From assembly GCF_009914755.1 (NCBI RefSeq), contig NC_060936.1: DNA of 64,000 bases; one strand, 5' to 3'. This stretch comes from the human T2T-CHM13v2.0 reference genome, Homo sapiens. The translations under genes and the position numbers were made by a program. Below, in pieces: positions 1 through 16,729 of this stretch. Numbering within the stretch: position 1 is the first letter of the stretch; every line of letters starts with the position of its first letter. The notes under the pieces are model-generated. The model had not been told where the DNA came from, ran no database searches, and saw nothing but the letters and a program-made list of their open reading frames with translations.

Positions 1-126
1 TATTTTTTTATTTTTTTGAGACGGAGTCTCACTTTATTGCCCAGGCTGGAGTGCAGTGGCACGATCTTGGCTTACTGCAACCTCTACCTCCTCAGTTCAA
101 GGACTTCTCCTGCCTCAGCCTCCTGA

Positions 127-324
<198 letters not shown>

Positions 325-546
325 TAGGCTAAAGTGCAGTAGCATGATCACAGCTCACTGCAGCCTTGACCTCCCAGGCTCAAGTGATTCTCCCATCTCA
401 GCCTCCCCAGGACCTGGGACCACTGCGTGCACCACCACACTTGGCTAATTAAAAAAAATTTTTTTTAAGTCTCACTGTGTTACCCAGGCTGGTCTTGAAC
501 TCCTGGCCTCAAGCAATCCTCCCACCTGAGTCCCACCAAGTGCTAG

Positions 547-708
<162 letters not shown>

Positions 709-2737
709 TAGCTGGGACTATAAAGATGCACCACTACAGCTGGCTCGTTTTTGAATCTTTTTTTATAGAGACAAGGTCTTGCCACGTTGCCCAGGCTGAT
801 CTCAAACTCCTGGGCTCAAGCGATCTTCCCACCTCGGCCTCCCGAAGGGCCCTGATGGCAGGCATCAGCCACCACACCTGGCCATCAAGTGTTTATTGAG
901 CACCTTCTGTGTACATGACACCGAACTAGTCATGAGGGTCAGCGTGGTGAATAAATGAAACCTGATTCTGCTCTCACTGGTTTACAGATGTCAGACAGGC
1001 ACGTGCCATTACAGACCAAGTTGAGTGCCGTGACGGATGTGACAGGGGCTGAGAAAAGTGACCAGGGAGACCCCATGCAGACCATGGGTGCAGGGCAGGC
1101 CTCTCAGGGCAGGGGTCATTTCCGCTGAGACCAGAGGCCACAGAGGAAAGGAGGCCTGGTGGCAAGGACAGCGCAGCACAGGCGGCAGTGAGTGCAAAGG
1201 CCCTGGGGGAGGGGCTGCATCGGGGGATGAGGGCAATGCGGGCTGAGGCGCAGAGGCCATGGGGGTGATGCACGCATGAGCTAAAACAAGCCCAGGCCAC
1301 ACAGTGCCTTAAGGCGTGGGTCAGGGGTTGGATTATCCCCTGCAGGGACAACAGGAGCCTCAGGGTCTCAACATGTAGGGGCTGTGCAAGGCAGGAGGGT
1401 CAGGCAGAGGAGACCAGGAAGGGGCAGCCAGAGAGGACAGACTTCCAGACTTCCAGCAGGGGTGGGCGTCCTCTGTATGCACATGACATGGCTGGAGGGA
1501 AAGGACCCTGCAGTGCAGGGAATTATGGGAAGTGTGGACAGGGCACCAAGGCACTGGGAGGCCCCGGAGAGCGGTACAGAAAGCTGAGCTCCACCACCTG
1601 CTGCCATCGAGCCTCACGGCTTATGACTTCTGAAGTGACGCTCACCTCTCTGAGCCTCTATTCACTCATCTGCAAAATGGGCACGTGAATTATTTTTCCA
1701 TTCTCCACCTTTCTGATGATGCTGTTCATGTAAAGTACATATAGTAGAAAGCTACACAAAGCCATGAAACTGGATGGTGCATCCTCCCACCGATGGCCAT
1801 GGGGGGCATGAGTGCAGCCCTTCAAGCTGAATGACCACTCGGGTTTCTTCTAGTACCTCCTGGGTCCTGCTCAGCTCTGAGGCAGAGAGCTCCACAAAAG
1901 CCCTAAGACCCCACAGAGACGTCAGCCCTGGCTGGTGTGCAGAGGCAGGGATGAAAAGAAGGGGCAAGAATCCATTTAGCCACCAGAATGGCTAAAATGA
2001 GAAGGACTGACACCACCAAGTGCTGGTGAGAAAGTGGGGCAGCTGGAAGACGTGTGCCTTGTTGCTGGAAGTGCTACTATGGAAATTCGTTTGGCCTTAC
2101 CTGCTAAAGCTCACACACGCACTCTAGCAACTGTATCGTGGGGGGCCCTCAACAGGCAGGTGTGCCCACATGCCTCAGGAGGAAGATGGTGAAATTAACC
2201 ACTGTACAACCCACACTGTGCAGCTATTTGAAAGACTGAGGCCAGGCACAGTGGTTCATGCCTGTAATCCCAGCACTTTGGGAGGCCAAGACAGGAGGAC
2301 TGCCTGAGCCCAGGAGTTCGAGACCAGCCACTGCAATACAGGGAGACCTCGTCTCTACAAAAAATTAAAAAATACTAACTGGGTGTGATGGCACACACCT
2401 GTAGTCCCAGCTACTCAAGAGGCTGAAGCAAGAAGACTGCTTGAGCCCAGGAGTTCGAGGCTGCAATGAGCTATGTCGTGCCACTGGATTCCAGCCTGGG
2501 TGACAGAATGAGATACTGTCTCAAAAAAAAAAAAAGATGTATGTGTGTATGTATGGGGATTTGGAGAAATTAGAACCTTTATACACTGCTGATGGGAATG
2601 TAAAATGGTACAGCTAGGCCGTGCACGGTGGCTCACGCCTGTAATCCCAGCACTTTGGAAGGCCGGGGTGGGTGGATCACCTGATGTCAGGAGTTCTAGA
2701 CCAACCTGACCAACATGGAGAAACCCCATCTCTACTA

Positions 2738-2896
<159 letters not shown>

Positions 2897-3063
2897 TCAA
2901 AAAAAAAAAGAAAAAAAAAAAAAAAGAAAAGAGAAAACCAGTGGTTGCCTAGGGCTAGGGGGAATAGGGGGAATGGGGGATTGCTTTTGGGATGACAAAA
3001 ACTTCCAAAAATCAGACAGTAGTGATAGTTGGACAACTTTGTGAATATTCTAAAAACCACTGA

Positions 3064-3165
<102 letters not shown>

Positions 3166-3668
3166 TAATTGAGACCTCGTCTCTACTAAAAATAAAAAAA
3201 TTAGCCAGGCGTGGTGGCCCACGCCTATAGTTCCAGCTACTTGGGAGGCTGAGGTAGGAGGATCACCTGAGTTAGGGAGTTCGAGGCTGCAGTGAGCTAT
3301 GATTGTGCCACTGCTCTTCAGCCTGGGCAACAGAGAGAGACCCTGCCTCAAAAAAAACAAAAAACAAAAAACAAAAAACCCACTGAGTTGTCCACATTTG
3401 AAAGGATGAATCTTATGATTTCTCAATTTCCAAAAAGCATACACTGTATGATTCCATGTATATGAAGTTCAAAACAAGGCTGAATTAATCTCTGGAGACA
3501 AAAGGTCAGAGTCAGGGTGACCTTGTGAAGTTTTGTCTGGTAAGGGATGAGAAGGTGCATTCTGGGGTGTTGAACTATTCTCTATCCTGATCTGAACATA
3601 CATGCAAAAATTCATAGAGCTGTACACTTAAAATGTGTTCACTTCACTCTAAGTTATACCTCAATTTA

Positions 3669-3782
<114 letters not shown>

Positions 3783-4217
3783 TCATTGCACTCCACCTGG
3801 GTGACAAAGTGAGCCCTCATCTCCAAAAAAAAAAAGTTGCTAAAAAAAACAATAGCCAAGGCTGGGCGCGGTGACTCACACCTGTAATCCCAGCACTTTG
3901 GGAAGCTGAGGAGGGCGGATCACTTGAGGTCAGGAGTTGGAGACCAACCTGGTCAACATGGTGAAACCTCTCGTCTCTACTAATAATACAAAAATGAGCT
4001 GGAAATCGCTTCAACTCAGGAGGCAGAGGTTGCAGTGAGCCAAGATCACACCACTGCACTCCAGCCTGGGCAGGAGAGTGAGACTCCGTCTCAAAACAAC
4101 AAACAAACAAACAAACAAAAATAGCCAAGAAGTGGAAGCAAGCTAAATGTCCATCAACGGAAGAATGGAATAAAGAAAATGTGGTCTGTCCATACAACGG
4201 AATGTTACTCAGCCTTA

Positions 4218-4685
<468 letters not shown>

Positions 4686-5312
4686 TCAGCAAGATGAAAG
4701 GGGTCCAGCGCCCTGCTGCCCACCCTCATGCACACAGTAAACACCGCTGCCCTGTGCACTCACACAGGTTACAGAGGGGCAATTCTGCGACATGTTTTCC
4801 ACCAGAATGTTTAAAAGGAAAAGATAAGAAACACTAGCTGGCCAAGGGCCCTACTGGTACAATTCATCTCCGCCTGCTGATGGGGGAAGATGAGGACAGC
4901 CAGTCCCTGGAGCCGAGGCCTGGCATGTGTGGGGCAGGGGCTCCCGATGAGGAAGGTGGGAAAGACAGGGGAAGGCCCCCCTGGACCCTTGGGGAGCCCA
5001 GCGGCAGGGCAGGGTGTCAGCAGGTGGCCGCAGGAGTTGCTCTGCGTCCACTTTCTCTAAGCACAGAACCGGCGACCAAGCCGGGCCCCCCGCTTGCAGT
5101 TGTGAAGTGGACCCTCTCCCCGTCAGCTCTGCTCTCCTGCCTCCGGCTGTGGGTCCTGTGAGGGATTCCCGGGCCATGTGGGGGGCCCGCCTGTGCCCTC
5201 TCTCCTCTCTATGCCCCAGGGACACTGCTGCAGAGCAGTGCTGGGTTTAGCTGGTGGGACCCGGGGACACGGCTAACGCTTCCCAGAAAGGCGACCCTTG
5301 GGCATGTGGGGG

Positions 5313-8168
5313 GTGTGGTGTGTGTGTGTGTGTGTGGTGTGTGAGGTCTGTGTGTGGTGTCAATGTGAGGTCTGTGTCTGGTGTGTGTGTGAGGTCTGTG
5401 TGTGTGAATGTGGGGTCTGTGTGTGTGTGGTATATGTGTGTGATGTGTGTGTGTAGTGTGTGAGGTCTGTGTATGGTGTGTGTGAGGTCTGTGTGTGGTG
5501 TCAATGTGAGGTCTGTGTCTGGTGTGTGTGTGAGGTCTGTGTGTGTGAATGTGGGGTCTGTGTGTGTGTGGTATATGTGTGTGATGTGTGTGTGTAGTGT
5601 GTGAGGTCTGTGTATGGTGTGTGTGAGGTCTGTGTGTGTGTGGTGTGTGAGGTCTGTGTGTGGTGTCAATGTGAGGTCTGTGTCTGGTGTGTGTGTGAGG
5701 TCTGTGTGTGTGAATGTGGGGTCTGTGTGTGTGTGGTATATGTGTGTGATGTGTGTGTAGTGTGTGAGGTCTGTGTATGGTGTGTGTGAGGTCTGTGTGT
5801 GTGTGGTGTGTGAGGTCTGTGTGCAGTGTGTGTGTGAGGTCTGTGTGTGTGTGTATTGTGTGAGGTCTGTGTGTGTGTGGTGTGTGTAAGGTTTGTGTGT
5901 ATGTGATGTGTGAGGTCTGTGTGTGTGTGGTGTGTGTGAGGTCTGTGTGTGTGGTGTGTGCAGTGTGAGTGTATGTCTGTGTGGTGGCATCTGTGTGTGT
6001 GTGGTGTGTGGGGTCTGTGTGTGTGTGAGGTCTGTGTGTGGTGTGTGTGTTAGGTCTGTGTGTGTGGTGTGTGAGGTCTATATGTGTGTGTGTGGTGTGT
6101 GTGAGGTCTGTGTGTGGTGTTTGTGTGAGGTCTGTGTGTGTGTGGTGTGTGAGGTCTGTATGTGTGTGTGTGGTGTGTCTGAGGTCTGTGTGTGGTGTGT
6201 GTGTGAGGTCTGTGTGTGTGTGGTGTGTGCAGTGTGAGTGTATGTCTGTGCGGTGGCATCTGTGTGTGTGGTGTGTGAGGTCTGTGTGTAGTGTCAATGT
6301 GAGGTCTGTGTGTGGTGTCTGTGTGAGGTCTGTGTGTGTGGTGTGTGAGGTCTGTGTGTGTGAGGTCTGTGTGTGAGGTCTCTGTGTGTGTGGTCTCTGT
6401 GTGGTGTGTGTGTGAGGTCTGTGTGTGTGGTGTGTGAGGTCTGTATGTGTGTATGTGGTGTGTCTGAGGTCTGTGTGTGGTGTGTGTGAGGTCTGTGTGA
6501 GGTCTGTGTGTGTGGTATGTGTGAGGTCTGTGGGTGGTGTGAGGTCTGTGTGTGTGGTGTGTGTGAGGTCTGTGTGTGGTGTGTGAGGTCTGTGTGTGTG
6601 AGATCTGTATGTGTGAGGTCTGTGTGTGTGGTGTGTGGTGTGTGTGTGGTGTGAGATCTGTGTGTGTGTGAGGTTTGTGTGTGTGGTGTGTGTGAGGTCT
6701 GTGTGTGGTGTGTGAGGTTTGTGTGTGTGTGGTGTGTGTGAGGTCTGTGTGTGGTGTGTGAGGTCTGTGTGTGTGTGTGAGATCTGTATGTGTGAGGTCT
6801 GTGTCTGTGTGTGGTGTGTGAGGTTTGTGTGTGTGTGTGGTGTGAGATCTGTATGTGTGAGGTCTGTGTCTGTGTGTGGTGTGTGAGGTTTGTGTGTGTG
6901 TGTGGTGTGAGATCTGTGTGTGTGTGAGGTCTGTGTGTGGTGTGTGAGATCTGTATGTGTGAGGTCTGTGTGTGTAGTGTGTGAGGTTTGTGTGTGTGAG
7001 GTCTGTGTGTGGTGTGTGAGGTCTGTGTGTGGTGTGTGTGAGGTCTGTGTGTGGTGTGTGAGGTTTGTGTGTGTGTGGTGTGTGTGAGGTCTGTGTGTGT
7101 GGTGTGTGAGGTCTGTGTGTGTGTGGTGTGTGAGGTCTGTGTGTGTGGTGTGTCTGAGGTCTGTGTGTGGTGTGTGTGTGGTGTGTGCAGTGTGTGTGTA
7201 TCTGCGGTGGCATCTGTGTGTGGGTGGTGTGTGAGGTCTGTGTGTGGTGTCAATGTGAGGTCTCTGTGTGGTGTGTGAGGTCTGTATGTGTGTGTGTGTG
7301 TGTGGTGTGTCTGAGGTCTGTGTGTGTGGTGTGTGAGGTCTGTGTGTGTGTGGTGTGTCTGAGGTCTGTGTGTGTGGTGTGTGAGGTCTGTATGTGTGTG
7401 TGAGGGCTGTGTGTGAGGTCTGTGTGTGTGTGGTGTGAGATCTGTGTGTGTGTGAGGTCTGTGTGTGTGTGGTCTGTGTGTGGTGTGTGTGTGAGGTCTG
7501 TATGTGTGTGAGGTCTGTGTGTGGTGTGTGAGATCTGTATGTGTGAGGTCTGTGTCTGTGTGTCGTGTGTGAGGTCTGTGTGTGGTGTGAGAGCTGTGTG
7601 TGTGTGAGGTCTGTGTGTGGTGTGTGAGGTTTGTATGTGTGTGGTGTGTGTGAGGTCTGTGTGTGGTGTGTGAAGTTTGTGTGTGTGTGTGGTATGTGTG
7701 AGGTCTGTGTGTGGTGTGTGAGGTTTGTGTGTGTGTGTGGTGTGAGATCTGTGTATGTGTGAGGTCTGTGTGTGCTGTGTGAGGTTTGTGTGTGTGTGGT
7801 GTGTGAGGTCTGTGTGTGTGTGGTGTGTGCAGTGTGAGTGCGTGTATGTCTGTGTGGTGACATCTGTGTGTGTGTGGTGTGTGAGGTCCGTGTGTGTGTG
7901 GTGTGTGTGAGGTCTGTGTGTGGTATGTGAGGTTTGTGTGTGGTGTGAGATCTGTGTGTATGAGGTCTGTGTGGTGTGTGAGGTTTGTGTGTGAGGTCTG
8001 CGTGTGTGCTGTGTGCAGTGTGAGTGCGTGTATGTCTGTGTGGTGGCGTCTGTGTGTGTGTGGTGTGTGAGGTCCGTGTGTGTGTGGTGTGAGGTCTGTG
8101 TGTGTGGCGTGTGTGAGTGGGTGTATGTGTGTGTCTGTGTGGGTGTTGTATGTGTGTGGCGTGTGTGT
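5313..8168. repeat. ~2.85 kb complex GT-rich minisatellite (core GTGTGAGGTCT(GT)nG) in RILPL1 intron 2
   Basis: Continuous degenerate repeats of GAGGTCT/GAGATCT/GAGGTTT separated by (GT)n and GG, with higher-order blocks. Source of the His/Thr and Val/Cys ORFs. Confidence 0.97.
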
Positions 8169-9338
8169 TTGGGGGCTGAGGTCCCATGTAGACAGAAGTC
8201 AGTGCCAAAGCCACAAACTCCTCCCGACCCCCCGCCTGCCATTTGAACACTTGTCCCGACATGCCCTGTCCTGGGGCGCCAGGACCCACTCACTCATTTA
8301 CTCCTTGCTGGGGCTGCCTTGGCTCCCCGAGAGGTGGGCGGGAGGCGAGCATGAGGAGAGAGGGGCGGCTGGGTCTATGTGGAAGCCCAGCAGCCTCATC
8401 ACCTTCCTGGGCGGCAGCCGTAGGAGCTATGAGACCGAGGCAGAAGCCTGGCGCCTGACTCCTATCCCAGCTTCGGCCTCTTAGTTGCTTTCCCTTCAGG
8501 CCTCGGTGCTCTCGAGAGGCCTGTGCACGCTTCATCGATGTGAAGTGCTCACAACAGAGGGGCCCAGGGCCAGAGTGTCTAAGTCATTTTATCCTGATAC
8601 GGAAAGACCAGGCCTCCCCGCTTCACAGGTCACTGCTAAGAGAAAGTACAAGAGTGCTTTGGAAAACTAAGAGAAGGCCAAGTATTCTTAACAGACACTG
8701 TTAAAAGCTGGAAGAGTTGTGAGCCATCATACACACCCAGCAATTCAGGATCTAGGGACCTAGATTTTAAGAGACACTTGGGCAGGGGCACCATGGAGAA
8801 GCTCGTCCGTGGCCAGCCACAGCAGCCACACGTGTGGGAGTGAGAATCTGGCAGTGAGCTACTGTCCACCAGCAAGGCACTGTCCAGGCAGTGGGACACC
8901 ATGAGACACGATGTGCCGTCGAAAACACTGAGATAGACTGTTAAGTGACAAAGTTCACAGCAGCACTATCTGTAGCAGATGAAAGATGGAAGCCACCCAA
9001 ATGTCCCCCCGCTAAGAATGGATAAGCACAACGCGCTCAGTCCACACAGTGGAGGACAATTCAGCCATAACGAGGAAAGCAGCTCTGACACGCCACAGCA
9101 CGGATGAACCTCAAAAATGACGTGGGGTCTAAGATCAGACCCCAAGGTTGCATACAGTGTGATTTCATCGATAGGAAATATCCAGAACTGGCAAATCCAC
9201 AGAGGCAGAAAGCAGATTAGAGGCTGCCAGTGGTTGTACCTGCAGGGAGGGAGGGCAGAGACAAGAGGCTGGGGAGAGACCTGCCAGGTGCAGTCACCTC
9301 AGGAAGGTGGTGAAAGTGTTTTGGAACAAAACAGGTGA

Positions 9339-9593
<255 letters not shown>

Positions 9594-9674
9594 TGAAGTG
9601 ATCCACCCACCTCAGATTCCCAAACTGCTGCAATTACAGGTGTGAGCCACCGCCCCCAGCCCATTATGAATAAC

Positions 9675-9782
9675 TTAAATGATACACTACATGCTGCTGA
9701 ATTAAATGATATACTATATGCTACTGAATTAAATGATATACTACATGCTACTGAATTAAATGATATACCACATGCTACTGAA
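9675..9782. repeat. 27-bp tandem repeat x4 (TTAAATGATATACTACATGCTACTGAA) inside an old L1M 3' end
   Basis: Copies start at 9675, 9702, 9729 and 9756, each with 0-2 substitutions from the consensus. Confidence 0.92.
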
Positions 9783-10738
9783 CTGTGCACTTTAAAATTG
9801 TTATCTGTATATTACATGAATTCACCTCAATTAAAAAATAGACAATCCAAACAATAAATACATAAATACTTTTTTTTTTTTTAAGAGACAGGGTCTTGCT
9901 CTGTTGCCCAGGCTGGAGTGCAGTGGTGCAATCAAGGCTCACTGCAGCCTTGACCTCCTGGGCTCAAAAGATTCTCCCACCTCAGCCTCCTGAGTAGCTG
10001 GGACTACAGGTGTGCACCACCATGCCCAGCTAATTTAAAAATTTTTTTGTAGAGACAGGGTCTCACTATGTTGTCCAGACTGGTCCCAAATTCCTGGTCT
10101 CAAGCAATCCTCCTGCCTCAGACTCCCAAAGTGTTTAATTTTATAAATTAAAATACAGAATTTTAATTAAAATACATAATTTTAATTTATAAAAAAGGAC
10201 AAGTAATTCATAGCACAATTTCTTTTATTTTGAAAACAAAATAAACAAATTTGTGTGTAGATAGAAAGGGAAGGTTTTCCCTCTGGCAGTGCAGTGGGGG
10301 TGAAGCAAAGGGGAGTGTCACGTTTTGTGCTTAGTTTTATCTGACTCTTACGCAGTAAGAGTGAATATATACTACAGTGTTTTTTTTTTGTCTGTCTGTT
10401 TTTTGAGACAGAGTCTCACTCTGTCGCCAGGCTGGAATGCAGTGGCGCGATCTCAACTCACTACGACCTCTGCCTCCTGGGTTCAAGAGATTCTCCTGCC
10501 TCAGCCTCCTGAGTAGCTGGAATTACAGGTGCCCGCCACCATGCCCAGCTAATTTTTTTGTACTTTTAGTAGAGACGGGGTTTCACCAGGTTGGCCAGGA
10601 TGGTCTTTATCTCTTCACCCCGTGATCCGCCCGCCTCAGCCTCCCAAAGTGTTGGGATTACAGGTGTGAGCCACCGAGCCAAACACCAGGCTGGGCGTGG
10701 TGGCTCACGCCTGTAATCCCAGCACTTTGGGAGGGTTA

Positions 10739-11062
<324 letters not shown>

Positions 11063-11569
11063 TCATGTAGGAGCTGTAATCTGGGTCTCTTCATATCAGA
11101 CCAGTGTGTTTCTCAGCCCATCAGAGGTAGCAAAGCACCTTCAACATGGGAACGATGATGACCACAGCTCACATTTCTCATGAAGTTGGTCTCGGATCAC
11201 CTGGGCCCGTGTTTACACCACTGCTCTTTGATGTGCCTTTGCTACCTCAGGCATCCTGGCTGGCAGGCTCTGCACTAGAAGTCCAGCTCCTCGCCTAAGG
11301 GCAGGAAAACCCTGAGGTGTAACTTACATTCCAGACTCCCCAGGGGCTAAGGCTGAGGCCACCCTGCCGGACTCTGCTGAGACCACGGCCCTCTGCCGGA
11401 CCCTGCTGAGATCACAGCCCTGCTCCGCTTCCTCTTGCTTTCCCTGTCCTGCTTCCTCCACTCCCTCCCCTCTGGGGGCACTTCTTTCATAAGTCAGTTG
11501 CGTGGGAATCCCTGTCTCAGATTCCCTCCTGGAAGAATCTGACCTAAACAGTTCTGGGCATGGTGGCTC

Positions 11570-12320
11570 TAGATCGCTGTAATCCCAGCGACCCAGAACC
11601 TTGGAATGCGGCCTTATTTGAAAATAGGGTATTTGCAGATGTAATTAGTTAAGATGAAGTCATGGTGGATGAGGGGGGATGAGGGGTAGGCCCTAAATCC
11701 AATACCTGGTGTCCTTATAAGACAAAGGAAGTTGAGCGCTATGCCTCATGCCTGTAATCCCAGCACTTTGGGAGACTGAGGCAGGCAGATCACTTGAGCC
11801 CAGGAGCTTGAGACTAGCCTGGGCAACATGGTGAAACCCTATCTCTACAAAAAGTACAAAAATTAGCTGGGCATGGTAGCACATGCCTGTAGTCCCAGCT
11901 ACTTGGGAGGCTGAGGCAGGAGGATTACCTGAGCAGGAGGTGAGGGAGGAGGAGGTTGCAGTGAGCCAAGATCGCACCACTGCACTCCAGCCTGCGGGGC
12001 AAAGTGAGACCCTGTCTCAAAACAAAAAACAAACAAAAAAATCCCATTAAACAACAAAAGATAAAGGAGAGGGAGCTGAGACACACAGACACGGAGGAGA
12101 ACGTTTGGCTGCAGAGGAAGAGACTGGGATGGTGTAGCCACAGGTGAGGATGCCAACAGCCCCCAGAGGCAAGGAAGGACTCCTGCTGAGAGGCGCTGGA
12201 GGGAGCATGGCCTTGCTGATGCCCGACTATGAATCTCTGGCCTGCAGAACTATGAGAGTAAACTGTTTTTGGTCACCCAATTTGTGGTCATTTATTATGA
12301 CAGCCCCAAGAAGCCAATAT
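11570..12320 (+). mobile_element. MLT1 (ERVL-MaLR) LTR interrupted by an AluJ
   Basis: CCTTATTTGAAAATAGGGTATTTGCAGATGTAATTAGTTAAGATGA and CCCTAAATCCAAT...GTCCTTATAAGA. Confidence 0.75.
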
Positions 12321-12689
12321 GGCAAACATACGGAGAAAGGCCCAGAGAGAGGGCACAGCAATTTTGTTGTTATTGTTTTTTTTTTTTTTTGCGAGTCTCG
12401 CTGTGTTGCCCAGGCTGGAGCGCAGCGGTGGCAATCTCGGCTCACTGCTACCTCCGCTTTCCGGGCTCAAGCAATTCTTGTGCCTCAGCCTCCCGAGTAG
12501 CTGGGATTACAGGTGCACGCCACCACACCTGGCTACTTATTGTATTTTTTGTAGAGATGGGGCTTTGCCATGTTGCCCAGGCTGGTCTCAAACTCCTGGC
12601 CCCAAGTGATCCACCCGCCTCAGCCTCCCAAAGTGCTGGGATGACAGGCATGAGCCACCGCGCTTCTGAGAGCACCGTTGAGCTCAACG

Positions 12690-14115
<1,426 letters not shown>

Positions 14116-15291
14116 TGTAATGCCCTTCAGAAAATGACAACGTGGTCAGTTTTCCTCTTCCCCTGGTGACTAAGCTGTTCCTTTAGAGCCCAAAGATTTT
14201 TTTCCAGACCCATGAGCAAATCTTCACACCCCATCCCCCGGCGCGATGGCTTGCATACCTGTCATTCATTTCTGCCTGTGCTAACAAGTTTCTGCGCGCT
14301 GCCCTCCAGCTGACAAACTGGATTGCCACAAACAGCCGGGAGCAAAGTGCTTTTTAATCTGGAGACTTCCGGGGGTACAGGAGCCTGCCAGGTGCCTCTG
14401 AGCACAGTGTCCAAGTTGAACTGCTGGGAAGGCCACACTGTTCCATGCGGGGCTGGCTCCTCTCAGCACCCCCTCACCCCCCACATAGGAATCGGACGAC
14501 TGCACACCCCCAAGTCCTCGGTCTACCCCTGGCCTCTGCCCAGCACATTCTTAGCCGTCACTTCCCGGGCTCCACCTTCTCCCAAGGACCCTGTCTGTCC
14601 CAGGTCTGTTCCCCTAGCAGGTGGAAGACATGCCTTCTCCTTGTTGTGTTCCCATGGTTTCCCATGCAAAATAAAAATAACCACGAAAGGCATGCCTGGC
14701 ATCTGCCCCGTCTCTCCACTCAGGCAGGAGGGCTGCTGCCGTGCTCCTCCTGAGCTAACCCTTTGGGAGCCGGACCCACGCTAGATGCCATTTAAGTGTG
14801 TCTCAGATTGCTCACGTGTGGGCTGATTCATGACAAGCCCAGCAGGGATCTGGAAGGCTGTGGAAGCAAAGTTCCCTGGGTGGAGGGCGCTGCGAGCATG
14901 CGTGCACTGATGCACAGGGAAGCGGCTCAGAGCCCTCAGGTCCAGGCCCTGTGGGTCCAAGGCCTCCAGGCGCCCTGCAGAAGTGTCAGAAGTTTAACAT
15001 AGTTTCCCTATGGCCCAGCAATTCCACTCCTAGGTACACACCTCAAAGAACTGAAAACATAGGTCCACACAAAAGCTTGAGCACGATGTTCACAGCAGCA
15101 CGATTCACAACAGCCAAAAGGTGGTGACGTCTCACAGGTCCATCCATAGATGAGTGGGCAAACGACATGCAGTATGGCCATAGAACGGAATATGATTCAG
15201 ACAATTCGGACATGAAAAGGCAAGGCTGGGAGTGGTGGCTCACGCCTGTAATCCCAACACTTTGGGAGGCCAAGGTGGGCAGATCACCTTA

Positions 15292-15471
<180 letters not shown>

Positions 15472-16445
15472 TTACAGCCTGGTCGACGGAGTGAGACTCC
15501 GTCTCAAAACAAACAAACAAACAAACAACCAAACAAAAAAGTCCTCCTTCTTGGGCTGAAGGAAATTGGGATAGGGTTCCGGGGTCCTCCAGGCCCAGGC
15601 TTACTTTGCTGCTAGAAAACTTTCTAATGTCCAAGTCACCGCGGCAGGGAGACGCAAGCCCCAGAATGTGCCTCCCTGCCCTGCCTCCAACCTGGCAAAG
15701 CCCAGAACAGGGACAGAGTGGGCACTCCATCAGAGATAAGGGAGACAAAGGGTGAGCAAAGGAATGCATGGCAGGCCTCTGTCTGGAATCGTAAGCTCTT
15801 GGGCAGTGGAACACCACGGCGGATCAATCCATGGTGCGCGTGATTTCAGTCTCCCCACCAGCCTTAACCACAGGTTCTCCAGCAGCCCTGGGTCAAAGGG
15901 TCCCAGAGAGACAGAAGCCTTCCTTCAGGGAGCTGATTTCAGCTGATCTGGGTTCACTTCTGACTCTGCCACTAACTTGCTGTGTGACCTTGAACAAATC
16001 ACTCTCCCTCTCTCAGTCTAAACTTTTCTCATCTGTTCAATCAGTAGGTTGGACTGGATAATGATAACCCGTAGTAATAAGAGCTAATACTTGCTGAGTG
16101 TTTTCTACGAACCAGGTAAGATTCTAAGCGGTCTGTACAGATTCATTGATTTTACCCTCATGACAAGCTTATGAGGGAGGTATGGTCATTTCTTCCATTT
16201 TTACATGGGGGTGCAACTTAGGCACATGAAGGTCACGTGACTTGATCAAAGTCACATAGCAGGGAGGTTTCAGGGTCAGGACTCAAACCTGGGCCGCCTG
16301 GCTCCAGAAACTGCTTAGAATCATGAGAACTTTTGTTTTCATTGTTACTAATCAAATCTCAACAAAGGAAATCCAAGGAAAAGAGAATCCAGACCTGGAT
16401 CAAACTTTTCCTTTTTCCTTGGTTCCCACAGTCCTTTTCAGTGCC

Positions 16446-16729
<284 letters not shown>

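Noticed and set aside
5313-8168. CRISPR-like appearance of a recurring GAGGTCT motif with spacers
   Set aside because: The spacers are only (GT)n, there are no cas genes, and the DNA is primate.
5209-8289. 1026-aa His/Thr-rich ORF and the overlapping Val/Cys ORFs
   Set aside because: Translation of the CA/GT minisatellite, which lacks stops on the CA strand. Open in several frames, with no real start or domain.
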